The notes beneath the pieces are model-generated. The model was not told where the DNA came from. It worked only from the letters and a program-made list of their open reading frames with translations, and did no database searches. The position numbers and the translations under genes were made by a program. A DNA stretch of 64,000 nt from Carpediemonas membranifera BICM (taxonomy: Eukaryota; Protista; Fornicata): contig JAHDYR010000020.1 in NCBI GenBank assembly GCA_019828565.1, forward strand, positions 1 to 64,000, read 5' to 3'. How positions within the stretch are numbered: the first letter of the stretch is position 1; each line of letters opens with the position of its first letter. Shown piece after piece: positions 1 to 12,280 of the stretch.

Positions 1-238
1 GAGAAATGTCTGGTGGTAAGTGAGATCACTGGCAAGGTCTAGAGACAGCAGAAACGTAACCCATGTTAGCCCATATTGATGTGGGCTGGGCGTTGCTTCA
101 ACCGATAAATGCCACATTTCTCTGTTTACATGGTAAGGTAACACGTGAGTGCTTTGTACTGGCAGCTACTTAAAGGTAAGGTTATGGACGTAGTATCACC
201 CGTGGCGCTTGACTATCACTCTCCAATCAGACAGATAT

Positions 239-900
239 TTATTTCTTCGTGGATACCTTGTCGAAGAACTGCAATGCCAAGGTCAACTTGCCTTCCCTTC
301 GTCATCTCTTTGTCGGTCAGCAGTGTCTCGAAGTCAGCGACAACGAGAGGTCGGCAAGCAAAGGGTCAGCCCAATAGTCATCTTCGTAGGCGACCGAGAG
401 GAACTCAAACGGACGAATGTCAACGCTTTGCTTCATATACAATGACAGGCAAGACTGCATCCTCCACACACAAACATGGCACAGAAGAGCACTGACATTG
501 TGGTACTAAATAATTGGGGGAGAGGCATGTTACAAACAGCAGAGTTGTCGTTCACCGTGTGGACTCAAGCTTGCCCATCAGTGAAGACGCATCCATAGCG
601 AACTTCGTCGTGCCAACGCGAGTGCAGTACGTGGGGTCATCCGGCTGGAAGTCGATCAGTCGGCCGCAGTACAGGCCGATGATGCTCTTCGCAGGGATTT
701 CGGCACGAGACGCGATGCCCTTGCCAGCGGTGCCTCCATATAGCGTGTGCGCTGATCAGTCATGCGTACAGCTGTACGCTCTTGGAGACACCGTTGGCCG
801 CTATCGTGATGTCCCGGTCCAGGAACGAGCTACCCTCCTGCTTCCAGTCAATATCCTTCAAGTCTGCCGGTATTTTTGTCAAACAGCAGCTCATAGTCAT
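239..900 (-). CDS. SET-domain lysine methyltransferase, left-arm copy with several indels
   Basis: Reverse complement of 9746-10401; same motifs, more frameshifts towards the window start. Confidence 0.7.
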
Positions 901-1254
901 GACGAGACATGCTAGAACCCTCCGAGGGGATTACGATCGTTTCTTCCGACATCGTTCTCAGAATTCGACCCGTTTATAAATCAATAATAAGCAAGCTAAG
1001 CTGCAGCTCAGGCACCCTCCATGCGCTCGTTCCCTGGCATCTTGGCCCGCGGCCTCTTTCAGCGGCAGCTTTCGACCTCTCCGTAAATCGAGAGGTCTTC
1101 TTGATGTTGTTACTGTCTCTGTGCTCCCATTGCTTGCCAGTCTCATTGTAGTGTTAAGTTAGTGCCAAATGGTCTTTATTGCTGTTCGCTCGCATTAATA
1201 CGGAAGAGAAAGAATGATGATGTTGATTAGCTTGCGGGGAAAGGCATTACCAAG

Positions 1255-4200
1255 CATTTGACGCGCACAACCTGCTTAATACTGCATAAAAAGCATCGCT
1301 GATCGCTTTCTCTTCTGTTCTTCAACGCCCGAGGAGCGGCTTCCAGGTCGGCAACCGTTGCCGAGCTGGACTCTGTGCAGTTTATGCTTTTCGGCCAACC
1401 GACGAAGTCAAGCTTGGCCAAGACATACTGTGTACACGGACCCTGGCAGGCTATTTACGCCGCTCAGCCTCTGCATCCAGTTGATAATCACTCGCCATTT
1501 TACTTCTGGTGCTTTTTCCTGCTCTCTCTTCTCCATCACGTCGTCATACTCGGCCCTCGTCAGCCTCACAGTTGTCATCCCGGCATCACGGATGTGCTCA
1601 AAGGCCTCAACGGGCAGCTTCGGCATCCCGTCCTCGCTGTCGCTGCTGCTGCCCCAAGTCTGACTCTGCTCTCGTGATAGCGGCGAAGGCGAATGCGTCT
1701 GCTGGCTCCTGGTCTTCATAGCGTCATAGAGCGGAGCGAGCCCACTTCCATTGGCCCCGCTACGGACACCCTCATCGGTATCTCTCTCAGACATATCACC
1801 ACACTCAACCTGTTGTGACTGAAGAAAATGACAGGTTGTCGACGAGGCTATCCTCGGCATCGCTGTCTGAACTCTCCTCATCCTCCCACTCTCCTTTCCA
1901 GCATCTCCAACCCGGCCTCATCGTCAAAACTCGCCCTCCACTGCGGTCTCCGGCATCTCTGCCTCGCCAGCTGTCTCGTCAAACAGCGCCTCATCGTCAG
2001 ACTCACCCTCCCCGTGTCGACCCCATCGGGATTACGCTGGTCGTGGAGCTGGACCATCCTCATCCTGAGCTTTTTGTAAAGCCACCAGGTCGGCAGAGCT
2101 TAAGGTAATCCTGGCGCCCTCATCCTGGCGCCTCATCCCTGGCGCCGTCATCCCTGAGCGTCCTCTCCCTCATAAATCTGAATCATCTTCTTGTCTTGCT
2201 CCCGATGTTGTCATTGCTGTTTTCGTGTCCACAAGCATTCCAGTCTCATTATAATGTTTATTCAGTACCAAATCATCCTTTAGTGACGGGCATTCTCATC
2301 TGCATTGCCGAGAAAAAGAGTTGATGTTGATTAGATGGTGACGAATGCATTACCGGACATTTGACGCGCACAACCTGCTTAATACTGCATAAAAGCATCG
2401 CTGATCGCTTTCTCTTCTGTTCTTCAACGCCCAAGGAGCGGCTTCCAGGTCGGCAACCGTTGCCGACCTGGACCCGTGCAGTTTATGCTTTTTCGGCCAA
2501 CCGACGAAGTCAAGCTTGGCCAAGACACATACTGTGTACACGGACCCTGGCAGGCTAGTTACGCCGCTCAGCCTCTGCATCCAGTTGATAATCACTCGCC
2601 ATTTACTTCTGGTGCTTTTTCCTGCTCTCTCTTCTCCATCACGTCGTCATACTCGGCCCTCGTCAGCCCTCACAGTTGTCATCCCGGCATCACGGATGTG
2701 CTCAAAGGCCTCAACGGGCAGCTTCGGCATCCCGTCCTCGCTGTCGCTGCTGCTGCCCAAGTCTGACTCGCTCTCGTGATAGCGGCGAAGGCGAATGCGT
2801 CTGCTGGGCTCCCTGGTCTTCATAGCGTCATAGAGCGGAGCGAGCCCACTTCCATTGGCCCCGCCACGGACACCCTCATCGGTATCTCTCTCAGACATAT
2901 CACACTCAACCTGTTGTGACTGAACAAATGACAGGTTGTCGACGAGGCTATCCTCGGCATCGCTGTCTGAACTCTCCTCATCCTCCCACTCTCCTTCCAG
3001 CATCTCCAACCCGGCCTCATCGTCAAACTCGCCCTCCACTGCGGTCTCCCGGCATCTCTGCCTCGCCAGCTGTCTCGTCAAACAGCGCCTCATCGTCAGA
3101 CTCACCCTCCCCGTGTCGACCCCATCGGGATTACGCTGGTCGTGGAGCTGGACCATCCTCATCCTGAGCTTTTTGTAAAGCCACCAGGTCGGCAGAGCTT
3201 AAGGTAATCCTGGCGCCCTCATCCTGGCGCCTCATCCCTGGCGCCGTCATCCCTGGCGTCCTCTCCCTCATAAATCTGAATCATCTTCTTGTCTTGCTCC
3301 CGATGTTGTCATTGCTGTTTTCGTGTCCACAAGCATTCCAGTCTCATTATAATGTTTATTCAGTACCAAATCATCCTTTAGTGACGGGCATTCTCATCTG
3401 CATTGCCGAGAAAAGAGTTGATGTTGATTAGATGGTGACGAATGCATTACCGGACATTTGACGCGCACAACCTGCTTAATACTGCATAAAAGCATCGCTG
3501 ATCGCTTTCTCTTCTGTTCTTCAACGCCCAAGGAGCGGCTTCCAGGTCGGCAACGGTTGCCGACCTGGACCCGTGCAGTTTATGCTTTTTCGGCCAACCG
3601 ACGAAGTCAAGCTTGGCCAAGACACATACTGTGTACACGGACCCTGGCAGGCTAGTTACGCCGCTCAGCCTCTGCATCCAGTTGATAATCACTCGCCATT
3701 TACTTCTGGTGCTTTTCCTGCTCTCTCTTCTCCATCACGTCGTCATACTCGGCCCTCGTCAGCCTCACAGTTGTCATCCCGGCATCACGGATGTGCTCAA
3801 AGGCCTCAACGGGCAGCTTCGGCATCCCGTCCTCGCTGTCGCTGCTGCTGCCCAAGTCTGACTCGCTCTCGTGATAGCGGCGAAGGCGAATGCGTCTGCT
3901 GGGCTCCCTGGTCTTCATAGCGTCATAGAGCGGAGCGAGCCCACTTCCATTGGCCCCGCTACGGACACCCTCATCGGTATCTCTCTCAGACATATCACAC
4001 TCAACCTGTTGTGACTGAACAAATGACAGGTTGTCGACGAGGCTATCCTCGGCATCGCTGTCTGAACTCTCCTCATCCTCCCACTCTCCTTCCAGCATCT
4101 CCAACCCGGCCTCATCGTCAAACTCGCCCTCCACTGCGGTCTCCGGCATCTCTGCCTCGCCAGCTGTCTCGTCAAACAGCGCCTCATCGTCAGACTCACC

Positions 4201-7008
4201 CTCCCCCGTGTCGACCCCATCGGGATTACGCTGGTCGTGGAGCTGGACCATCCTCATCCTGAGCTTTTTGTAAAGCCACCAGGTCGGCAGAGCTTAAGGT
4301 AATCCTGGCGCCCTCATCCTGGCGCCTCATCCCTGGCGCCGTCATCCCTGGCGTCCTCTCCCTCATAAATCTGAATCATCTTCTTGTCTTGCTCCCGATG
4401 TTGTCATTGCTGTTTTCGTGTCCACAAGCATTCCAGTCTCATTATAATGTTTATTCAGTACCAAATCATCCTTTAGTGACGGGCATTCTCATCTGCATTG
4501 CCGAGAAAAAGAGTTGATGTTGATTAGATGGTGACGAATGCATTACCGGACATTTGACGCGCACAACCTGCTTAATACTGCATAAAAGCATCGCTGATCG
4601 CTTTCTCTTCTGTTCTTCAACGCCCAAGGAGCGGCTTCCAGGTCGGCAACGGTTGCCGACCTGGACCCGTGCAGTTTATGCTTTTTCGGCCAACCGACGA
4701 AGTCAAGCTTGGCCAAGACACATACTGTGTACACGGACCCTGGCAGGCTAGTTACGCCGCTCAGCCTCTGCATCCAGTTGATAATCACTCGCCATTTACT
4801 TCTGGTGCTTTTCCTGCTCTCTCTTCTCCATCACGTCGTCATACTCGGCCCTCGTCAGCCTCACAGTTGTCATCCCGGCATCACGGATGTGCTCAAAGGC
4901 CTCAACGGGCAGCTTCGGCATCCCGTCCTCGCTGTCGCTGCTGCTGCCCAAGTCTGACTCGCTCTCGTGATAGCGGCGAAGGCGAATGCGTCTGCTGGGC
5001 TCCCTGGTCTTCATAGCGTCATAGAGCGGAGCGAGCCCACTTCCATTGGCCCCGCTACGGACACCCTCATCGGTATCTCTCTCAGACATATCACACTCAA
5101 CCTGTTGTGACTGAACAAATGACAGGTTGTCGACGAGGCTATCCTCGGCATCGCTGTCTGAACTCTCCTCATCCTCCCACTCTCCTTCCAGCATCTCCAA
5201 CCCGGCCTCATCGTCAAACTCGCCCTCCACTGCGGTCTCCGGCATCTCTGCCTCGCCAGCTGTCTCGTCAAACAGCGCCTCATCGTCAGACTCACCCTCC
5301 CCCGTGTCGACCCCATCGGGATTACGCTGGTCGTGGAGCTGGACCATCCTCATCCTGAGCTTTTTGTAAAGCCACCAGGTCGGCAGAGCTTAAGGTAATC
5401 CTGGCGCCCTCATCCTGGCGCCTCATCCCTGGCGCCGTCATCCCTGGCGTCCTCTCCCTCATAAATCTGAATCATCTTCTTGTCTTGCTCCCGATGTTGT
5501 CATTGCTGTTTTCGTGTCCACAAGCATTCCAGTCTCATTATAATGTTTATTCAGTACCAAATCATCCTTTAGTGACGGGCATTCTCATCTGCATTGCCGA
5601 GAAAAAGAGTTGATGTTGATTAGATGGTGACGAATGCATTACCGGACATTTGACGCGCACAACCTGCTTAATACTGCATAAAAGCATCGCTGATCGCTTT
5701 CTCTTCTGTTCTTCAACGCCTGCGAGGAGCGGCTTCCAGGTCGGCAACGGTTGCCGACCTGGACCCGTGCAGTTTATGCTTTTTCGGCCAACCGACGAAG
5801 TCAAGCTTGGCCAAGACACATACTGTGTACACGGACCCTGGCAGGCTAGTTACGCCGCTCAGCCTCTGCATCCAGTTGATAATCACTCGCCATTTACTTC
5901 TGGTGCTTTTCCTGCTCTCTCTTCTCCATCACGTCGTCATACTCGGCCCTCGTCAGCCTCACAGTTGTCATCCCGGCATCACGGATGTGCTCAAAGGCCT
6001 CAACGGGCAGCTTCGGCATCCCGTCCTCGCTGTCGCTGCTGCTGCCCAAGTCTGACTCGCTCTCGTGATAGCGGCGAAGGCGAATGCGTCTGCTGGGCTC
6101 CCTGGTCTTCATAGCGTCATAGAGCGGAGCGAGCCCACTTCCATTGGCCCCGCTACGGACACCCTCATCGGTATCTCTCTCAGACATATCACACTCAACC
6201 TGTTGTGACTGAAGAAATGACAGGTTGTCGACGAGGCTATCCTCGGCATCGCTGTCTGAACTCTCCTCATCCTCCCACTCTCCTTCCAGCATCTCCAACC
6301 CGGCCTCATCGTCAAACTCGCCCTCCACTGCGGTCTCCGGCATCTCTGCCTCGCCAGCTGTCTCGTCAAACAGCGCCTCATCGTCAGACTCACCCTCCCC
6401 GTGTCGACCCCCATCGGGATTACGCTGGTCGTGGAGCTGGACCATCCTCATCCTGAGCTTTTTGTAAAGCCACCAGGTCGGCAGAGCTTAAGGTAATCCT
6501 GGCGCCCCTCATCCTGGCGCCTCATCCCTGGCGCCGTCATCCCTGGCGTCCTCTCCCTCATAAATCTGAATCATCTTCTTGTCTTGCTCCCGATGTTGTC
6601 ATTGCTGTTTTCGTGTCCACAAGCATTCCAGTCTCATTATAATGTTTATTCAGTACCAAATCATCCTTTAGTGACGGGCATTCTCATCTGCATTGCCGAG
6701 AAAAAGAGTTGATGTTGATTAGATGGTGACGAATGCATTACCGGACATTTGACGCGCACAACCTGCTTAATACTGCATAAAAGCATCGCTGATCGCTTTC
6801 TCTTCTGTTCTTCAACGCCCAAGGAGCGGCTTCCAGGTCGGCAACCGTTGCCGACCTGGACCCGTGCAGTTTATGCTTTTTCGGCCAACCGACGAAGTCA
6901 AGCTTGGCCAAGACACATACTGTGTACACGGACCCTGGCAGGCTATTTACGCCGCTCAGCCTCTGCATCCAGTTGATAATCACTCGCCATTTACTTCTGG
7001 TGCTTTTC
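1255..7008 (-). repeat. Tandem array of five ~1.1 kb units plus a partial unit; each encodes an acidic ORF on the minus strand
   Basis: catttgacgcgc recurs at 1255, 2358, 3455, 4551, 5647 and 6746; near-identical 185 aa D/E-rich ORFs at 3700-4257, 4796-5353 and 5894-6451. Confidence 0.97.
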
Positions 7009-7014
7009 GGTCGA

Positions 7015-9393
7015 GGTCCGTGTACACAGTATGTGTCTTGGCCAAGCTTGACTTCGTCGGTTGGCCGAAAAAGCATAAACTGCACGGGTCCAGGTCGGCA
7101 ACCGTTGCCGACCTGGAAGCCGCTCCTTGGGCGTTGAAGAACAGAAGAGAAAGCGATCAGCGATGCTTTTATGCAGTATTAAGCAGGTTGTGCGCGTCAA
7201 ATGTCCGGTAATGCATTCGTCACCATCTAATCAACATCAACTCTTTTTCTCGGCAATGCAGATGAGAATGCCCGTCACTAAAGGATGATTTGGTACTGAA
7301 TAAACATTATAATGAGACTGGAATGCTTGTGGACACGAAAACAGCAATGACAACATCGGGAGCAAGACAAGAAGATGATTCAGATTTATGAGGGAGAGGA
7401 CGCCAGGGATGACGGCGCCAGGGATGAGGCGCCAGGATGAGGGCGCCAGGATTACCTTAAGCTCTGCCGACCTGGTGGCTTTACAAAAAGCTCAGGATGA
7501 GGATGGTCCAGCTCCACGACCAGCGTAATCCCGATGGGGTCGACACGGGGAGGGTGAGTCTGACGATGAGGCGCTGTTTGACGAGACAGCTGGCGAGGCA
7601 GAGATGCCGGAGACCGCAGTGGAGGGCGAGTTTGACGATGAGGCCGGGTTGGAGATGCTGGAAGGAGAGTGGGAGGATGAGGAGAGTTCAGACAGCGATG
7701 CCGAGGATAGCCTCGTCGACAACCTGTCATTTCTTCAGTCACAACAGGTTGAGTGTGATATGTCTGAGAGAGATACCGATGAGGGTGTCCGTAGCGGGGC
7801 CAATGGAAGTGGGCTCGCTCCGCTCTATGACGCTATGAAGACCAGGGAGCCCAGCAGACGCATTCGCCTTCGCCGCTATCACGAGAGCGAGTCAGACTTG
7901 GGCAGCAGCAGCGACAGCGAGGACGGGATGCCGAAGCTGCCCGTTGAGGCCTTTGAGCACATCCGTGATGCCGGGATGACAACTGTGAGGCTGACGAGGG
8001 CCGAGTATGACGACGTGATGGAGAAGAGAGAGCAGGAAAAGCACCAGAAGTAAATGGCGAGTGATTATCAACTGGATGCAGAGGCTGAGCGGCGTAAATA
8101 GCCTGCCAGGGTCCGTGTACACAGTATGTGTCTTGGCCAAGCTTGACTTCGTCGGTTGGCCGAAAAAGCATAAACTGCATGGTCCAGGTCGGCAACGGTT
8201 GCCGACCTGGAAGCCGCTCCTTGGGCGTTGAAGAACAGAAGAGAAAGCGATCAGCGATGCTTTTATGCAGTATTAAGCAGGTTGTGCGCGTCAAATGTCC
8301 GGTAATGCATTCGTCACCATCTAATCAACATCAACTCTTTTTCTCGGCAATGCAGATGAGAATGCCCGTCACTAAAGGATGATTTGGTACTGAATAAACA
8401 TTATAATGAGACTGGAATGCTTGTGGACACGAAAACAGCAATGACAACATCGGGAGCAAGACAAGAAGATGATTCAGATTTATGAGGGAGAGGACGCCAG
8501 GGATGACGGCGCCAGGGATGAGGCGCCAGGATGAGGGCGCCAGGATTACCTTAAGCTCTGCCGACCTGGTGGCTTTACAAAAAGCTCAGGATGAGGATGG
8601 TCCAGCTCCACGACCAGCGTAATCCCGATGGGGGTCGACACGGGGAGGGTGAGTCTGACGATGAGGCGCTGTTTGACGAGACAGCTGGCGAGGCAGAGAT
8701 GCCGGAGACCGCAGTGGAGGGCGAGTTTGACGATGAGGCCGGGTTGGAGATGCTGGAAGGAGAGTGGGAGGATGAGGAGAGTTCAGACAGCGATGCCGAG
8801 GATAGCCTCGTCGACAACCTGTCATTTGTTCAGTCACAACAGGTTGAGTGTGATATGTCTGAGAGAGATACCGATGAGGGTGTCCGTAGCGGGGCCAATG
8901 GAAGTGGGCTCGCTCCGCTCTATGACGCTATGAAGACCAGGGAGCCCAGCAGACGCATTCGCCTTCGCCGCTATCACGAGAGCGAGTCAGACTTGGGCAG
9001 CAGCAGCGACAGCGAGGACGGGATGCCGAAGCTGCCCGTTGAGGCCTTTGAGCACATCCGTGATGCCGGGATGACAACTGTGAGGCTGACGAGGGCCGAG
9101 TATGACGACGTGATGGAGAAGAGAGAGCAGGAAAAGCACCAGAAGTAAATGGCGAGTGATTATCAACTGGATGCAGAGGCTGAGCGGCGTAAATAGCCTG
9201 CCAGGGTCCGTGTACACAGTATGTGTCTTGGCCAAGCTTGACTTCGTCGGTTGGCCGAAAAAGCATAAACTGCACGGGTCCAGGTCGGCAACGGTTGCCG
9301 ACCTGGAAGCCGCTCCTTGGGCGTTGAAGAACAGAAGAGAAAGCGATCAGCGATGCTTTTATGCAGTATTAAGCAGGTTGTGCGCGTCAAATG
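7015..9393 (+). repeat. Two ~1.1 kb tandem units plus a partial unit, in inverted orientation
   Basis: Same unit on the + strand; acidic ORFs at 7604-8053 and 8591-9148. Confidence 0.97.
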
Positions 9394-9421
9394 CTTGGTA
9401 ATGCCTTTCCCCGCAAGCTAA
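8591..9421 (+). CDS. Acidic low-complexity protein of the tandem unit (representative copy), probably continuing past 9148 through indels
   Basis: 185 aa ORF. The copy at 1408-1881 reads through as EQEKAPEVKWRVIINWMQRL, so the stop at 9148 depends on an A-run length. Confidence 0.5.
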
Positions 9422-9745
9422 TCAACATCATCATTCTTTCTCTTCCGTATTAATGCGAGCGAACAGCAATAAAGACCATTTGGCACTAACTTAACACTAC
9501 AATGAGACTGGCAAGCAATGGGAGCACAGAGACAGTAACAACATCAAGAAGACCTCTCGATTTACGAGAGGGGCCGAAACGCCGCTGAAGAGGCCGCGGG
9601 CCAAGATGCCAGGGAACGAGCGCATGGAGGGTGCCTGAGCTGCAGCTTAGCTTGCTTATTATTGATTTATAAACGGGTCGAATTCTGAGAACGATGTCGG
9701 AAGAAACGATCGTAATCCCCTCGGAGGGTTCTAGCATGTCTCGTC

Positions 9746-10401
9746 ATGACTATGAGCTGCTGTTTGACAAAAATACCGGCAGACTTGAAGGATATTGACT
9801 GGAAGCAGGAGGGTAGCTCGTTCCTGGACCGGGACATCACGATAGCGGCCAACGGTGTCTCCAAGAGCGTACAGCTGTACATGACTGATCAGCGCACGCT
9901 ATATGGAGGCACCGCTGGCAAGGGCATCGCGTCTCGTGCCGAAATCCCTGCGAAGAGCATCATCGGCCTGTACTGCGGCCGACTGATCGACTTCCAGCCG
10001 GATGACCCCACGTACTGCACTCGCGTTGGCACGACGAAGTTCGCTATGGATGCGTCTTCACTGATGGGCAAGCTTGGAGTCCACACGGTGAACGACAACT
10101 CTGCTGTTTGTAACATGCCTCTCCCCCAATTATTTAGTACCACAATGTCAGTGCTCTTCTGTGCCATGTTTGTGTGGAGGATGCAGTCTTGCCTGTCATT
10201 GTATATGAAGCAAGCGTTGACATTCGTCCGTTTGAGTTCCTCTCGGTCGCCTACGAAGATGACTATTGGGCTGACCCCTTTGCTTGCCGGCCTCTCGTTG
10301 TCGCTGACTTCGAGACACTGCTGACCGACAAAGAGATGACGAAGGAAGGCAAGTTGACCTTGGCATTGCAGTTCTTCGACAAGGTATCCACGAAGAAATA
10401 A
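9746..10401 (+). CDS. SET-domain lysine methyltransferase (frameshift near 10130)
   Basis: GKGIASRAEIPAKSIIGLYCG (SET motif I), MDAS...VNDN (variant of RFINH), VYEASVDIRPFEFLSVAYEDDYW (DIxxGEELxxxY with catalytic Tyr); TAAAT overlaps the stop. Confidence 0.85.
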
Positions 10402-10660
10402 ATATCTGTCTGATTGAGTGATAGTCAAGCGCCACGGGTGATACTACGTCCGCCAACCTTACCTTGCCTTTAAGTATGCCAGTACAAAGCACTCACGTGT
10501 TACCTTACCATGTAAACAGAGAAATGTGGCATTTATCAGTTGAGCAACGCCCAGCCCACATCAATATGGGCTGTAGGTTACGTTTCTGCTGTCTCTAGAC
10601 GCGCAGTGATCTCAATTACCACCGAACATTTCTTTAGAATTTCGTTCTGAAGAAACCGAT

Positions 10661-11095
10661 ATGAGCTCTGGGGCGAAGGATTCAGCAGGATACGCCAGCA
10701 TGATGTTTGAAGCGCTACTGAGGATGATTCCGAAGCTGCAGGAGTACATCGCGAGGTACCGTGGTGACGGTGGCGAGATGGATCCGGCTATGCTTTTGCA
10801 AGCGATCCTACATCGTGTTCCTGATCTTCACCACGCTGATAAGAGACATATACGCGAGCTGTTGGCAGCTCGAAACTCAATCTGCCACAATCGCGATGTT
10901 TCCAGTGCTGACGATTTTGCATCCTTTGAGATGTCGGTCACATGCGTCATGTCGTTTGTGACGCAGAAGGTGGGCCGTGATGACGGCTTCAATGCCTTCA
11001 TGGAGGCTCTGCACAACGAGGCGAACGGGGGCCGACCAGGACGCGAGTTCACCCGCAAGCCCCTTCCCGCAGGGGCTCCCAGCCTGTCAAGATAG
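10661..11095 (+). CDS. Stand-alone Swt1-like HEPN-domain protein (putative RNase)
   Basis: DPAMLLQAI helix followed by IRELLAARNSICHN, an RxxxxH HEPN motif at 10871-10888, in Swt1-like spacing. Confidence 0.75.
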   Translation: MSSGAKDSAGYASMMFEALLRMIPKLQEYIARYRGDGGEMDPAMLLQAILHRVPDLHHADKRHIRELLAARNSICHNRDVSSADDFASFEMSVTCVMSFVTQKVGRDDGFNAFMEALHNEANGGRPGREFTRKPLPAGAPSLSR

Positions 11096-11124
11096 TCGAG
11101 AAGCGGGTTGAGGTACCTGTTTAC

Positions 11125-11589
11125 ATGACTGCGCTGGGTCCTGATCCTGATAAGCCGAGGATGGTGGGAAAATGCCAGCAGTTTTCGCCACAGGGTGAGC
11201 ATGCAGAGACTCAGACTGTGCGAGACCTAGAGGAGGCGTCTACTCAGACAGAGCTCTTGGTTGAGCCTGTTAGTACCCTGCGCACGGATGAATTATCTCG
11301 ACGCGTCGTCAAGACCGCGATGTGCGATCTGCTTCGACAGAAGCTGAAGGAGAAGCCACCGACCGTATTCGCAGGGTCATGCGTTGTGTGTGGTGAGTCC
11401 GTGGACGATAGAGAGTGGGCCTGCACGCGACGTGGCACCAAGACGCCGAAGTCTAGCTGCCGAGATTTGTTGAAGCAGGCCACTGTTGATGCTTCAGCCG
11501 CAAGAGCAACAAAGAAGGCGCACGACACACGTAAGGTATATTTGACGGGAAAGGCAGTGGCCTGGCTTAACTCGCAGATGGAGAAATAA
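11125..11589 (+). CDS. Hypothetical protein with a Cys cluster (possible Zn finger)
   Basis: 154 aa ATG-initiated ORF with CVVC...WAC...SSC and a basic C-terminal helix; converges on the YR-like gene. Confidence 0.55.
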   Translation: MTALGPDPDKPRMVGKCQQFSPQGEHAETQTVRDLEEASTQTELLVEPVSTLRTDELSRRVVKTAMCDLLRQKLKEKPPTVFAGSCVVCGESVDDREWACTRRGTKTPKSSCRDLLKQATVDASAARATKKAHDTRKVYLTGKAVAWLNSQMEK

Positions 11590-11621
11590 AAGATTCAGAG
11601 TCAATGGATATGTTTACAGCT

Positions 11622-12280
11622 TCAGTCATTCCATCTGTCGTCAGGGGTATCCAGATCGGACAGGGAGATGGGTCTTTTCAGACTCTGCATCCCCGCTTCG
11701 TGCAGGATACGGTTCGCGTGCCTGACGGTCATGGGGGGACTACCCCAGAGCGAATCAAGGTCCTTGGACATCCAGATAAGGGTCTCAAAGGCAGGGTGAT
11801 CCACGGCAGCCTCTTGCATCAACTCCTGTAGCGCGGGTCTAAGTCACGTAGGTCTGCGACATACGATCCCAGCCGGCAGAGAGCAACGACTAGGGCGAGC
11901 TGACGGTGGGACTCGGCAATGTCGTACTTCAGAGCACCCGTGAGCTTGTCGTACTCTTCCTCAGTCAGCACCTGGCGTGCCGGAAGCGTGTGAGTCCTTA
12001 TCCTGCAAATTAGGTCGGTTTCGGCACCAGCAGTGCGAAGAAGGCGAACGAGAGCCTGTTGAGGCATCGAGATGGACTTGTACCGTCCAAAACGGCAACA
12101 GAAGGACAGAGAGTCCAGAAACTGTTCGAATACGTCACTATTTTGTCGGATCTCTGTGATAATAACAACATCAGCATCCTCATCGTCGCACTCAAGGTAA
12201 ACGCACAGTTTTTGATATGTCTGCTTGTATTGCTCCTTCGTAGAGCGCTTCAGTCCCTCTAGAGCGTGCTTCAGCAGCAT
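11622..12280 (-). CDS. Tyrosine-recombinase-fold protein lacking catalytic residues (one-base indel near 11835)
   Basis: N-terminal STKEQYKQTYQKL (core-binding-like), LTEEEYDKL, box I-like LCRLGSYVADLRDL and box II-like HANRILHEAG...ISLSDL. Adding one C to gacccgcg fuses ORFs 11819-12280 and 11622-11822. Confidence 0.6.

Larger units (their letters stand above)
1..10633. repeat. Large asymmetric inverted repeat: left arm 1-6934, right arm 7015-10633, ~80 nt spacer
   Basis: 1-1250 is the reverse complement of ~9390-10633 (e.g. agagacagcagaaacgtaac at 41-60 vs gttacgtttctgctgtctct at ~10577-10596). gtgtacacggacc (6922-6934) pairs with ggtccgtgtacac (7015-7027). Confidence 0.95.

Noticed and set aside
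1255-9393. Tandem array as CRISPR, rDNA or telomeric repeat
   Set aside because: Units are ~1.1 kb near-identical copies with no unique spacers, no rRNA motifs and no short telomeric repeat.
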